Shown here piece after piece: positions 14,965 through 24,373 of a stretch of DNA of 25,465 nt; position 1 is the first letter of the stretch, and each line of letters starts with the position of its first letter. The stretch spans positions 1 through 25,465 of IMG/VR virus record IMGVR_UViG_3300006868_000094, one strand, 5' to 3'. The notes below the pieces were generated by a model. The model did no database searches and had not been told where the DNA came from. It was given only the letters and a program-made list of their open reading frames with translations. The position numbers and the translations under genes were made by a program. Origin of the DNA: a virus (lineage: Duplodnaviria; Caudoviricetes).

Positions 14965-17900
14965 TTAATGCTTGCCAACTACAATTTCGATAATTCCTTC
15001 ACTTTCATTGGTTTTATTTTCTAGAGACTTACCAATTATTCTACCTGCATTAGCATCGTTATTGACTACTGCAAATCCTGGAATATCACTAGTAACTAAA
15101 ATATCACCTTTTTCTACTTTGCCTATAACATTACACGGTACTCTCCCTTGTAATGCTACAGCAGCTACAAACTCGCTTTCACAATGTGAATTCATTAAGT
15201 ATGCTGGATTTGTAGAAACAACACCTGCTACTCTATGATCACTGTTGCGTGTAGTTAATGTAAGTTCTTTTTCACCACCAAATATGACTACAGTTCCTGG
15301 CTCATAATGAGTGTCAGCAGTATAGTTTTCTGCAAGGTCAGCATAGTATGCTTCATTTGCAATACCTTGTATAAAGTCGATATACCCTGTGTTGTAAGTG
15401 TTAGATGATGCGCCTATATTATAGGTTGCTGTGTTTGTGCCGCCACCTTCAGGAACAATCTCCCTTGTTCTAATGTCAACTTTTAATTCAGTAGCAGTTC
15501 CGTCAGTACCTGTATCAATTATATCAGTACCATTGCTAGACTTTAAGTTACCTGAAATATTACCTGTAACATTACCAGTTAGATCACCTGTAACATTACC
15601 AGTTAAATTAGCAGTGACCTTAGTTGTGGTTAAATTTCCTGAATCAGGATTATAAGTTAAATGTGTATTATCATCATCAATCTTAAGTCTACTATAACTA
15701 GGGTCATTTGGATTACTTGCTGCATTAACAAATGTAATTTGATAATCTGTATTATCATTTACAACATCAATTTCAACGTTGTCTGCATTGTCTGCCTTAT
15801 CTGCTGTTCCAGCAAATGTTGCATCACCGTTGTGTGTAGTACCAGTATATGTTCCTGTCTCTACTATCTTAGTAGTTGCTAAGCCGTCATCTGTAATTGC
15901 ATACACATCGCCCATCACATCACCAGTTAAGTTACCAACAAAGTTTATGTCAGCAACAAAGTTTCTAGCATACATTGTATTGTACTTAAAACTTGTAGAT
16001 CCAATGTTATATCCTGCACTTGCAGTTGACGCATCTGCGTCTGGCTCTTGTCCGTAACTAGAGAATATTGCTGGAACATCACTTCTCCCGCCGGATTGGT
16101 TTGATACAACAACACCAACCTGTCCTGCTGCTGTTTTACCAGTACCAGCGCCGATTGATATCCCTGTACTATAAGCGTTTTTCTCATCAGGAGCTTCTAT
16201 AAAACTCATATAGTTCCAGCGACTTGCTAATGCTTTTGCAGTACCATATGTACTGTTAGTTTTAAGTGAGCTTTCTACAACAAAATCTTGACCTGCTGTA
16301 CCATCACCAATTATATCCAAATCTGCTGTAATTCTAGCAACTTCTGCACCGGCCGCACCTCTAGCAGTAAATATTGTACCCTGCGCTGGTGTTTTAAAGG
16401 TAATGTCAGTATTATCAGTGTCAAGTATTATTTGAGTAGTATTAGTTCCTACAATAAGTTTTTTGACATGTACACTACCATCTGCAGTAGTCTTTACAAT
16501 ACTATCATTTGCTGCTGATGTTGTAATACCAGTGATATCATATGCTTCAGTACCAGTTCTAATAATTGCACCTGTGTCAGCATCAGGAATGTCAGTGTGT
16601 AATATGCCGCCGCCTGTGTTAACTACAGTATTAAATGACACTTCTTCAACTGCACCTGTTGCTGCTGTTGCTCTACCTAAAACATTTTCTGTTTCGATAT
16701 GCGCAAGATTTGCTTTTTCAACGCCAGTAGTTGCATTTGATGCTGTGGCAATCTCAGCCCAACCATTAGTCAATGTAAATTGAGTATTATGAAATGCAAC
16801 TAGTCCTAAATCGTTTTGACCTATTCCAGTAGCATCTGTTCTAGTTGTTGCAGCATTCATTGCAAGTTTACTTTGTGCAATAGCCGCTGATGCATTTACA
16901 TCTGAATTTACTATACTACCTGCTTTATATTGAACATCTAGTGTAAGACTACGTCCAGTTGGGTTACCGCCTGATTGACTTGTATTACGTGTAGCTGAAA
17001 AATCAATGTCACTTCCTGCATCAAAAATACCGTTCATCCATTCGTATTCTGGAAAGTTAATTGTAGTAGCACTCGGTCCAGCTACAACTGATATTACTTC
17101 ATCTTCAACAAATTCAAATGCATTGGTAGAATCGTAAGTTAGATATTGTACAGTACCTAATTTTACATCACTTTCTGTAGCAAAGTCAATTACTAAACCA
17201 GTTGCACCCGAAGTGCCACCTGTAATTGTTTGTCCTAATTCAAATAATCCACCTGTAATACCTTTTACTCCGATTTTTTGTTTACCTGATGCAACAAGGA
17301 ATTGTGTTTCCTGTGCATCGTAAATTGTAGTGTCAGTTAGATCGTTTAATGAGTCGATTGCTCCTGCTACTGCGTCTACATAACTCTTACGTGTAGCATC
17401 TGTATCTGCTTCAGGGAATGTTAAGCCAGTAACCATTTGACCATTCATTCTTAAATCACCTGTCATTTGGTTTGCACCGTTAGCAAGTAAAATACTAGGT
17501 CCTAATGGATTCGGAACTGTTTGACCTTCAACATCAATACCAAAGCGTCTGTCAACGTAGCCACGTACTGCACTTTCAGTTGGAACTGCATCAGTAGCAT
17601 TATCTGCCATACTAGAATCTGTACTAAATTCAGCAATAACAACACCACGTTTAAATCCTAATCCGTCAACGTTTGAAAGAGCAATACTTGCTTCAAAACT
17701 AACAGCACCAGTACCTTGATCAACACTAAAGAAGCGTCCTACTCTAAACATACCGTTTTGATCTGTACTTACGTAGAACACACGCCCTTTACCACGTTCA
17801 ATAACTTCATTAGATTGATCTGGCTCTCTCGGCGCACCAAAAATAACATTTGGATAGTTACTTGTGTTGTACGACCCTGTACCGACATCTAGGAAATCGT

Positions 17901-20900
17901 GTCCTGTTGCTCTACATGTACTGATGTTAACTGTAACATCACCTAATGCGCCTGCGGCTAGTCCGGCTCTAATAGTATATCCTGGATTAAGAACAATACT
18001 TGCTGGTAAGCCACTGCCTGCATGTGTTGTATTAATATCGTGCCCAACAGGTAAAATGTCAACAATACCATATAAGTTATTAGGATTAACTACATTATCA
18101 AGTGTTTGCACAATATCGTTGCCTGCACCATCGTCACCAACGCCTCTATAGTTAAACACATAAAACTTTGTACCTTGATATGTAAATATCGGTGCTTCAG
18201 CCGTTAGCGTATCTGCTGTCCATCCTACTGGACGATTTTCTGTAGGTGTTCTAGCGTTGTTGTTCAATCTGTTAATATCTTTAACATCTGTTGGTGCTTC
18301 AACCGCCAACACTACGTCATCTACAGAATTACCTTTTGTAGTACCACCTGTAAGAGGTTGATTATTTAACCCAGTTACGTTACCGATTGGTTCAGCTGCA
18401 TAAGTGTTGTTAATCTGTAGTCTAATATAATCAAAAACAGTATCGATACCTGCTGCTACTTCATCTGATTCAAGTTCGTCACCTGCACTGTTTGAATTTT
18501 GGAAACTAATTGATCTATAAACTTGGTCTTTATTTTCATCAAACACAATAGCTGTACTAGGACGAATTGTTAGAGTTTGAATATTAGTTAAGTCATCAAG
18601 AATATGAATACTGTTACGTCTGTATTCAATAAACGTATCTAACGGAACAGCCTCTGCAAGTCCTTCAGAACTAAACCCGCTGGTTGTTGAACCACCATTG
18701 CCGCTTGATAAATTTAATTTGTAGATATAGTTGTTATATATCGGTGTTAAACTATCACCAGCAAAGGCACCCGATATAGTAACTCCTGTAATAGATCCTA
18801 TCCCACCAACTGCGCCAGCATCAATTTCAGATACTGTAATAGTTGCATCGTTAAGAGGTGTAGCACCACCTAATTTTGTACCTACAATAGTAAACGTTTC
18901 GCCTACAGCATATCCTGTACCTGCTGTTGTTATAATAACTTCATAACCATTTGTTACGTTCTTCAATACAGTAAACATAGCATTTGTACCAGAAGCTGTA
19001 CCACCGTCTGTTTGTGTTTGTACATTTGGTGTAGTAGATTGTCCTATATATGGTGTTGAATTTATGATATGTGTTGATACTCTTTCAATACTGTTTACAC
19101 TATATCTTTCCATTCTACCTAGATTAGTATGATATAAATCAAACTCTGCTCTAGCATCAGGCGGTGTTTTAAAATCATATGTATAAATGCTAAGTGCTTC
19201 TTCTCTATTATTATATCCAACACTGTCTATGTCAGCCGGTGTACCAATCGGTGTACCAGAAACTGAAACTGCATCAGTTGTAGTAAATACCCCTACTACA
19301 TTTGTTAGATAGACATATAACCCGTTTGTGCTAATTGCAACCTCTGCTGATACACCCGGATTTGCACTTGTTACAGCATCACCTGCTGATACACTTACGC
19401 CTGTTGGCATATGCAGAATTAATTCTGCTGTAAATACCTTAGCAGGATCGACCATATCTTCAACAAGCGAAACTCTATCAGGAACTTCGTTAGGATCAGC
19501 ACCTTCAGCAACTAGTCCGTACTCACCATAACAACTTGATCCTGTAATTGATCTAATCTCAGAACCATTTTTACTATAGTATGAAGTCCAGCAATAATAA
19601 GTGAACATACTAACCATTTCTGATAAAGCTCCGTTTACACAAACAAGTCCATAACCTAAGTCATTAATTTGTGTAAAGTCATTACCTAGCATACTTCTGT
19701 TACCAGCAGTTTGTAATGTAATTGCAATCGGAGTACCCGGTGTAGCATTATCTAAATCAATACCGTTAATAGCACTGGTTATTCCACTAAAACCTATACC
19801 ACTGTTAGAACTAGGATCTAATATAATTGTAGCAGTACCTAATGATTGATCGTATGCTGTAATAGCATTAACTTGGAAACGTCTACCTTGTATATAAAAT
19901 GCACTTGGCGTTTGTGGGCGTCTAATAAACAGACCTTGCCCAGGTAAACTTTGAATATTTAATCTAAACGCATCACCTGTAACTTTACCAGTAACCTGTA
20001 CTGCCATATTACCAGAAAATGCATCAACAAACAATCCACCTCTAAATGCTTGTTTGTTAACAGAAGCACTAAAACTTGATCCAGTTTGTATATAAGGAGA
20101 GCGTGTAAGTACTTGTCCTTCAGGATCTAATACACCCATAAACCCGCCATGCTCTTTAACTGTAATGTTACGTAGAATTGTACCATCGTTCATTAAGAAT
20201 ACATCCATGTCTTTGTTGTTCTTAGCTGGATTGTATGCGGCATTGAACGCAAATTTTATAGAGTCGATCATGTTTTGTATAATAGTAAACGGTGTTTCGA
20301 CTTGTGTCCAATATTGATTCTTTTCAGTAGCATCAAACGCAGGACCACTTCTATGTGAAGTGTTTGCACTATACCAATTAAAGTTCCCGCCTTCGTAAAA
20401 TCTAATTACTTCGTAGGCTTCGTATTTTACATCTGTTTCCCATAAGTCAGGAGTAATATCTCCGTAGAATACATCAGCATTTTGATAAATCCTTGCACTG
20501 TCATACAATTCTGTTGGATTTTGTCCAATCCATATATTGTCAAACATTGTAGGAATATGATCTAATGCGTCAGAAATTTCAGTTTCTATACCTGTATAAG
20601 TTGTAGAATTTTCAAATAGTAAACCTTGTGCTTCTAGTGTAAATTCTAATCCGCCTCTTACAAGATCTTGTGCAATTAAATCTACCATATTACCAATTAA
20701 GGATTTAAAATCAGCTCTTACATAATTACCATTTACTGCTGTAAAATGTTGATCTTGTAAATATGCATCAACTTGTTCTTTTATAAATTCTTTATTATCT
20801 GTAAACACAGTAGCATATGTATTCCAGTTACCTATATTTGTAAAACCTGGTCCTACATTTTTAGTTGCTGCTGGATTTCTTAAATAGTGTCTACCAAAAT

Positions 20901-23433
20901 ATCCGTCAGTGTTACCAGTTAAAGGATTTACATACGGAACGCCGTTATCAACAGTAGCAACATTAAACGATAACAAAGCGCCGCCGCCACCGCCTAGTGC
21001 AGAATCAGGTATACTAATTGTATCTCCCACTCTCCAGTTCTTTCCAGAGTCTGTAACTGTAACTGTTGCTGCACCGTCTGGTGCGACAACTACTGTAAAG
21101 ATCGCATCTTCGCCATATCCTAAGGTTGTATATAAAGTAGAATCAACTGTATATGTACCTGGAGTTCTACTAGCATCTGCGCCATCATTAACAAATGTAC
21201 CTATAGTACCTATGTTAGATATACCTATAACTAATCCATCAAATTCATTATCTCTATAATAGAATAAATCTGCAAGTGGTGATTGTGATACTCTATCTTT
21301 AGGACGTATAATACTTCTTCTAAATTCATTACCTACAATAGATACATTCGGCGGAACTCTTATTGGATAGTCTTCGTTATAAATTCCTGATTCGATTATA
21401 ATCGATATTTGCTTCTCTTGCACTTGGTTACCGTATTCTAATTCTTCATCAGGTAAAAAGTCAATTGGTTCATATAATTCAACTAGAGCAAAATCAAACG
21501 GGTCACTGTTTCCAGCATCTTCTTCTCTTACATAATCAATAATACGTCCTAGAGCACCACTTGTTTTACCTCTAATAAGTTTACCTGGAATGATATCTGT
21601 ATTAGTAGGATCTGCCTGATCAACTCTTGACGATGTACCTTGATCAATGTTAATTTTATAATCTGTAGAACCGTCAATTATTTGAGGAGCAGAAAAAACA
21701 CCATTCTGTACAATAGCAAGTATAACATCAAATTTATCAGAAATTGCTGCTACAGCAAGGTTATCAGGTTCGTAATTTGTGTCTATAACTTGGTCAACAC
21801 GACTTTGTGTTGGAAGCGGAACTGCTACATTATTAACAATATATTGTGTAACAAGTTGTTTTAGGTATTGCATTGCTGCTACAGTTTGAATCAACTGTTC
21901 ACCTACCGCTCTCTTACCACTAGACGTGCTATAATATCTAAGTCCTGCTTGTCTTGAAAGGAAGTTAGCAGTATTACCTCTTAGAATATCTAGCCCAATA
22001 CTATCTAGTATTAAACCAACGTCAAGTTCACATCTTGCTCTATCATAATTAAATGCAGGAAACTGTGCATCAGTATACGCTATAACTTCTTTTTGTAAAA
22101 ATAGTTTATTCTTTTCTAGTAATACTCTTGCATCAGCTCTATCTGCTACCGGTGATTGCATACCTGCGTTTAGAACAGTTGCGGCATTTTCAAAATTATT
22201 ATATGTAATAGTTTGCATATACGGACCCGGCTCTCTAGGAGCAGCAATCATAATTTCCTCAGCTTTTCTACATGCTGCATTGACAGATCTAAAGGCTAGT
22301 TGTAAACTAGATCCTTCTTTGCCGTTTGGTGTGTTTTTTTGTAAATCGTCGCCTTGCTCACTAACATAAATGTTAACTTGGCTTTCGCCTGATAGTTGAT
22401 CTACGTATAATTTTGTTGCTGCTTGTAGGTCATCTTGTCCGTTAGGAATACCTACACCTTTGAATGATCCAGGATGGTCAGAAAGGAATAATGCTCCGTC
22501 CATCGAATCACCTTGTCTACGTACTGCTGACTTTCTTGGAATAGCAACACTCTTTAACCAGTTACCTGGTAAGGTTGCATCATAGTCTTGGTCTACAAGA
22601 GTTAATGTGCCAGTGCCTGTAGTAAGAATATATCTAGTGCCGCCTGTTTGTGCATCATTTTGTGTAGGATGAACTGTAAGTGTGTTTTCATCCTTAACTC
22701 CAATAAAATAAACTGCGCCCTGTGTAAGGGTACCACCGGCGCCTGTTGTAGAATTTAGAAATGTTGGCATATCACCAGTACTAGAGAATACCCAGCCTGA
22801 TCCTGTATAGTTATCTGCTAATCCGTGTGCTGTAACAGTTAAGTCACCGCGTAAGTCACCAGCACCTACTGTTATTGTATCAACTGCTATTGTATATTGC
22901 GAAACTGTTGTAGGTTCGTCTGCAAGTCTTAAACCACCTATAGTAAGTTTAGGTTCGTAAGTAGCATCCGCATAACGTTTATTAATCGCCAAGTCGTCAA
23001 TTGTAAAATTAGCGCCATGAATACCATTAAGAAGTGTTACTGCATCTTCTGATACGTCTATGTTTCCTATAGCAAAACCGCCGCCGTCTAACGGGCCACC
23101 TAGTGTAGGACTTGTGTCTAACTCAACATTAGAACTTGCAACACTAATTACTACTTCACCATCTTGATCGAAACTAAATGCTACTGAACCATTACTAGTT
23201 AAGCTTCTAAGTTCTAGAGCATTACCTGCTGGATTGACTACCGGAATCTTAGTTTCATTACCTAGTAATGTGTTAGGTGTATCTGTAAGATCCACAAATC
23301 CAATTTGCCCCCCGATGCCAAATACGGCATACAGTTCCTCAAAATTTTCATTTACCTTCTTAAAACTTTCACGTATACTATCACCAGTACCGTCATTACC
23401 CTCGGTACCAATATCTACCTGTTGCTTGGCCAT
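14965..23433 (-). CDS. Giant tail fibre/spike protein (2822 aa) with a gp9/gp10-like N-terminus and a C-terminal intramolecular-chaperone (peptidase G2-like) domain
   Basis: N-terminal VDIGTEGNDGTGDSIRESFKKVNENF; AATKLYVD-type neck motifs; GN[LV]TG repeats; C-terminal YADLAENY...YEPGTVV...VAGVVSTNPAYLMN...VALQGRVPCNVIGKVEKGDILV. Confidence 0.85.
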   Translation of the reverse strand: MAKQQVDIGTEGNDGTGDSIRESFKKVNENFEELYAVFGIGGQIGFVDLTDTPNTLLGNETKIPVVNPAGNALELRSLTSNGSVAFSFDQDGEVVISVASSNVELDTSPTLGGPLDGGGFAIGNIDVSEDAVTLLNGIHGANFTIDDLAINKRYADATYEPKLTIGGLRLADEPTTVSQYTIAVDTITVGAGDLRGDLTVTAHGLADNYTGSGWVFSSTGDMPTFLNSTTGAGGTLTQGAVYFIGVKDENTLTVHPTQNDAQTGGTRYILTTGTGTLTLVDQDYDATLPGNWLKSVAIPRKSAVRRQGDSMDGALFLSDHPGSFKGVGIPNGQDDLQAATKLYVDQLSGESQVNIYVSEQGDDLQKNTPNGKEGSSLQLAFRSVNAACRKAEEIMIAAPREPGPYMQTITYNNFENAATVLNAGMQSPVADRADARVLLEKNKLFLQKEVIAYTDAQFPAFNYDRARCELDVGLILDSIGLDILRGNTANFLSRQAGLRYYSTSSGKRAVGEQLIQTVAAMQYLKQLVTQYIVNNVAVPLPTQSRVDQVIDTNYEPDNLAVAAISDKFDVILAIVQNGVFSAPQIIDGSTDYKINIDQGTSSRVDQADPTNTDIIPGKLIRGKTSGALGRIIDYVREEDAGNSDPFDFALVELYEPIDFLPDEELEYGNQVQEKQISIIIESGIYNEDYPIRVPPNVSIVGNEFRRSIIRPKDRVSQSPLADLFYYRDNEFDGLVIGISNIGTIGTFVNDGADASRTPGTYTVDSTLYTTLGYGEDAIFTVVVAPDGAATVTVTDSGKNWRVGDTISIPDSALGGGGGALLSFNVATVDNGVPYVNPLTGNTDGYFGRHYLRNPAATKNVGPGFTNIGNWNTYATVFTDNKEFIKEQVDAYLQDQHFTAVNGNYVRADFKSLIGNMVDLIAQDLVRGGLEFTLEAQGLLFENSTTYTGIETEISDALDHIPTMFDNIWIGQNPTELYDSARIYQNADVFYGDITPDLWETDVKYEAYEVIRFYEGGNFNWYSANTSHRSGPAFDATEKNQYWTQVETPFTIIQNMIDSIKFAFNAAYNPAKNNKDMDVFLMNDGTILRNITVKEHGGFMGVLDPEGQVLTRSPYIQTGSSFSASVNKQAFRGGLFVDAFSGNMAVQVTGKVTGDAFRLNIQSLPGQGLFIRRPQTPSAFYIQGRRFQVNAITAYDQSLGTATIILDPSSNSGIGFSGITSAINGIDLDNATPGTPIAITLQTAGNRSMLGNDFTQINDLGYGLVCVNGALSEMVSMFTYYCWTSYYSKNGSEIRSITGSSCYGEYGLVAEGADPNEVPDRVSLVEDMVDPAKVFTAELILHMPTGVSVSAGDAVTSANPGVSAEVAISTNGLYVYLTNVVGVFTTTDAVSVSGTPIGTPADIDSVGYNNREEALSIYTYDFKTPPDARAEFDLYHTNLGRMERYSVNSIERVSTHIINSTPYIGQSTTPNVQTQTDGGTASGTNAMFTVLKNVTNGYEVIITTAGTGYAVGETFTIVGTKLGGATPLNDATITVSEIDAGAVGGIGSITGVTISGAFAGDSLTPIYNNYIYKLNLSSGNGGSTTSGFSSEGLAEAVPLDTFIEYRRNSIHILDDLTNIQTLTIRPSTAIVFDENKDQVYRSISFQNSNSAGDELESDEVAAGIDTVFDYIRLQINNTYAAEPIGNVTGLNNQPLTGGTTKGNSVDDVVLAVEAPTDVKDINRLNNNARTPTENRPVGWTADTLTAEAPIFTYQGTKFYVFNYRGVGDDGAGNDIVQTLDNVVNPNNLYGIVDILPVGHDINTTHAGSGLPASIVLNPGYTIRAGLAAGALGDVTVNISTCRATGHDFLDVGTGSYNTSNYPNVIFGAPREPDQSNEVIERGKGRVFYVSTDQNGMFRVGRFFSVDQGTGAVSFEASIALSNVDGLGFKRGVVIAEFSTDSSMADNATDAVPTESAVRGYVDRRFGIDVEGQTVPNPLGPSILLANGANQMTGDLRMNGQMVTGLTFPEADTDATRKSYVDAVAGAIDSLNDLTDTTIYDAQETQFLVASGKQKIGVKGITGGLFELGQTITGGTSGATGLVIDFATESDVKLGTVQYLTYDSTNAFEFVEDEVISVVAGPSATTINFPEYEWMNGIFDAGSDIDFSATRNTSQSGGNPTGRSLTLDVQYKAGSIVNSDVNASAAIAQSKLAMNAATTRTDATGIGQNDLGLVAFHNTQFTLTNGWAEIATASNATTGVEKANLAHIETENVLGRATAATGAVEEVSFNTVVNTGGGILHTDIPDADTGAIIRTGTEAYDITGITTSAANDSIVKTTADGSVHVKKLIVGTNTTQIILDTDNTDITFKTPAQGTIFTARGAAGAEVARITADLDIIGDGTAGQDFVVESSLKTNSTYGTAKALASRWNYMSFIEAPDEKNAYSTGISIGAGTGKTAAGQVGVVVSNQSGGRSDVPAIFSSYGQEPDADASTASAGYNIGSTSFKYNTMYARNFVADINFVGNLTGDVMGDVYAITDDGLATTKIVETGTYTGTTHNGDATFAGTADKADNADNVEIDVVNDNTDYQITFVNAASNPNDPSYSRLKIDDDNTHLTYNPDSGNLTTTKVTANLTGNVTGDLTGNVTGNISGNLKSSNGTDIIDTGTDGTATELKVDIRTREIVPEGGGTNTATYNIGASSNTYNTGYIDFIQGIANEAYYADLAENYTADTHYEPGTVVIFGGEKELTLTTRNSDHRVAGVVSTNPAYLMNSHCESEFVAAVALQGRVPCNVIGKVEKGDILVTSDIPGFAVVNNDANAGRIIGKSLENKTNESEGIIEIVVGKH
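15562..15605. repeat. 20-bp direct repeat (24-bp period) encoding LTGNVTG units
   Basis: ACCTGTAACATTACCAGTTA at 15562-15581 and 15586-15605. Confidence 0.85.
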
Positions 23434-23453
23434 AATGTGCCCCCTTTAATTTT

Positions 23454-23813
23454 TTACAGTTGCGGTATATTCTCCAAGTCAAAATTTACACTTACGCCGC
23501 ATCCACACGATGATTTAGCGTTAGGATTGTTAATTTCAAAGTTAGATCCTACTAGACTAGTTACATAGTCTACTTCAGTACCTATCAAAAACATCATACT
23601 ATCGACTCCAATGATAAAATTATAATTATTTTCAGTTTTTATAACTTCGTCGTCTTCGTCCACATCAGATGGTAATTTGACAGTGCCCCATTCGTATTCA
23701 AACCCTGCGCATCCTCCGCCTTTGATGTTAAGGCTTATTCCGTAACAATCGTTTTCGTCACATAATTTTTCAATTTGTGCTTGTGCAGATGGTGTTAGTG
23801 TACATATTGACAT
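23454..23813 (-). CDS. iscA: A-type Fe-S cluster carrier (IscA/HesB/ErpA family)
   Basis: GGGCAGFEY and NPNAKSSCGCG carry the three conserved Cys. Confidence 0.93.
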   Translation of the reverse strand: MSICTLTPSAQAQIEKLCDENDCYGISLNIKGGGCAGFEYEWGTVKLPSDVDEDDEVIKTENNYNFIIGVDSMMFLIGTEVDYVTSLVGSNFEINNPNAKSSCGCGVSVNFDLENIPQL

Positions 23814-23829
23814 TGCTATTCCTCACTAT

Positions 23830-23865
23830 TATTTATGGCTATTTTTTATAATCTTAATGTAAATA
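23830..23865. promoter_or_regulatory. Divergent pair of late-promoter-like motifs
   Basis: ATAAATA on the minus strand (23830-23836) upstream of iscA, and GTAAATA on the plus strand (23859-23865) 5 nt before the ATG at 23871. Confidence 0.5.
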
Positions 23866-23870
23866 TACTT

Positions 23871-24158
23871 ATGTATTTAGGTGAGACACAGAAAAAAACT
23901 ACTCATGTTCGTAAAAGTAAAAACGGAACAGAACACACATACTACCGCCATAAGACGCTGATTTTATTAAGATGTGATAATTGTGCTGTAGAATTTACTA
24001 GAGAACGAGGAACAATGGACCCTAAAAGACTTAGTAATAACTACTTCCACGTGTGCATTAACTGTGATAGTAAAAAGTTTGCACAAAAAAAGGGTGTAGA
24101 AAAAAAGCAAGTCTGGAACATGAGTGCTAGTTCAGACTTGCCAATAGGTAGATTTTAG
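23871..24158 (+). CDS. Basic zinc-finger protein (two CxxC)
   Basis: CDNC...HVCINC. Start moved to MYLGETQ because the longer frame would span the divergent promoter region. Confidence 0.75.
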   Translation: MYLGETQKKTTHVRKSKNGTEHTYYRHKTLILLRCDNCAVEFTRERGTMDPKRLSNNYFHVCINCDSKKFAQKKGVEKKQVWNMSASSDLPIGRF

Positions 24159-24316
24159 TTGCGGTATATTGTATAAGCACCGTATACAATTGCAGCGTAT
24201 GCAATTAATTTTGCAAAAGGTGAAAATATAATTATACAAGCACCTGCTGCAATCATTAAAGCACCATCGATGCTAGAACGTTCTTCTAATCTATCTTTAA
24301 TCCATTTCTTTATCAT
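24155..24316 (-). CDS. Small 2-TM membrane protein (53 aa), holin-like topology
   Basis: Manual ORF MIKKWIKDRLEERSSIDGALMIAAGACIIIFSPFAKLIAYAAIVYGAYTIYRN; AGGAG Shine-Dalgarno; TTAAATA at 24341-24347. Confidence 0.75.
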   Translation of the reverse strand: MIKKWIKDRLEERSSIDGALMIAAGACIIIFSPFAKLIAYAAIVYGAYTIYRN

Positions 24317-24373
24317 TTTAGGTTCTCCTATGGCTAACTATATTTAATACAATTTCTCAAAGGAGTAAAGAAA

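Noticed and set aside
14965-23433. Iron-binding HxH motifs in the fibre (Ferrojan-horse idea, prompted by the adjacent iscA)
   Set aside because: I found no HxH motif when reading through the 2822-aa translation.
345-23568. Numerous plus-strand ORFs in the track (e.g. 345-590, 3324-3656, 5931-6317, 10569-10931, 13998-14366, 20909-21259)
   Set aside because: They are antisense shadows of well-supported minus-strand genes, with Ser/Pro/Val-rich composition, no ribosome-binding sites and no motifs.
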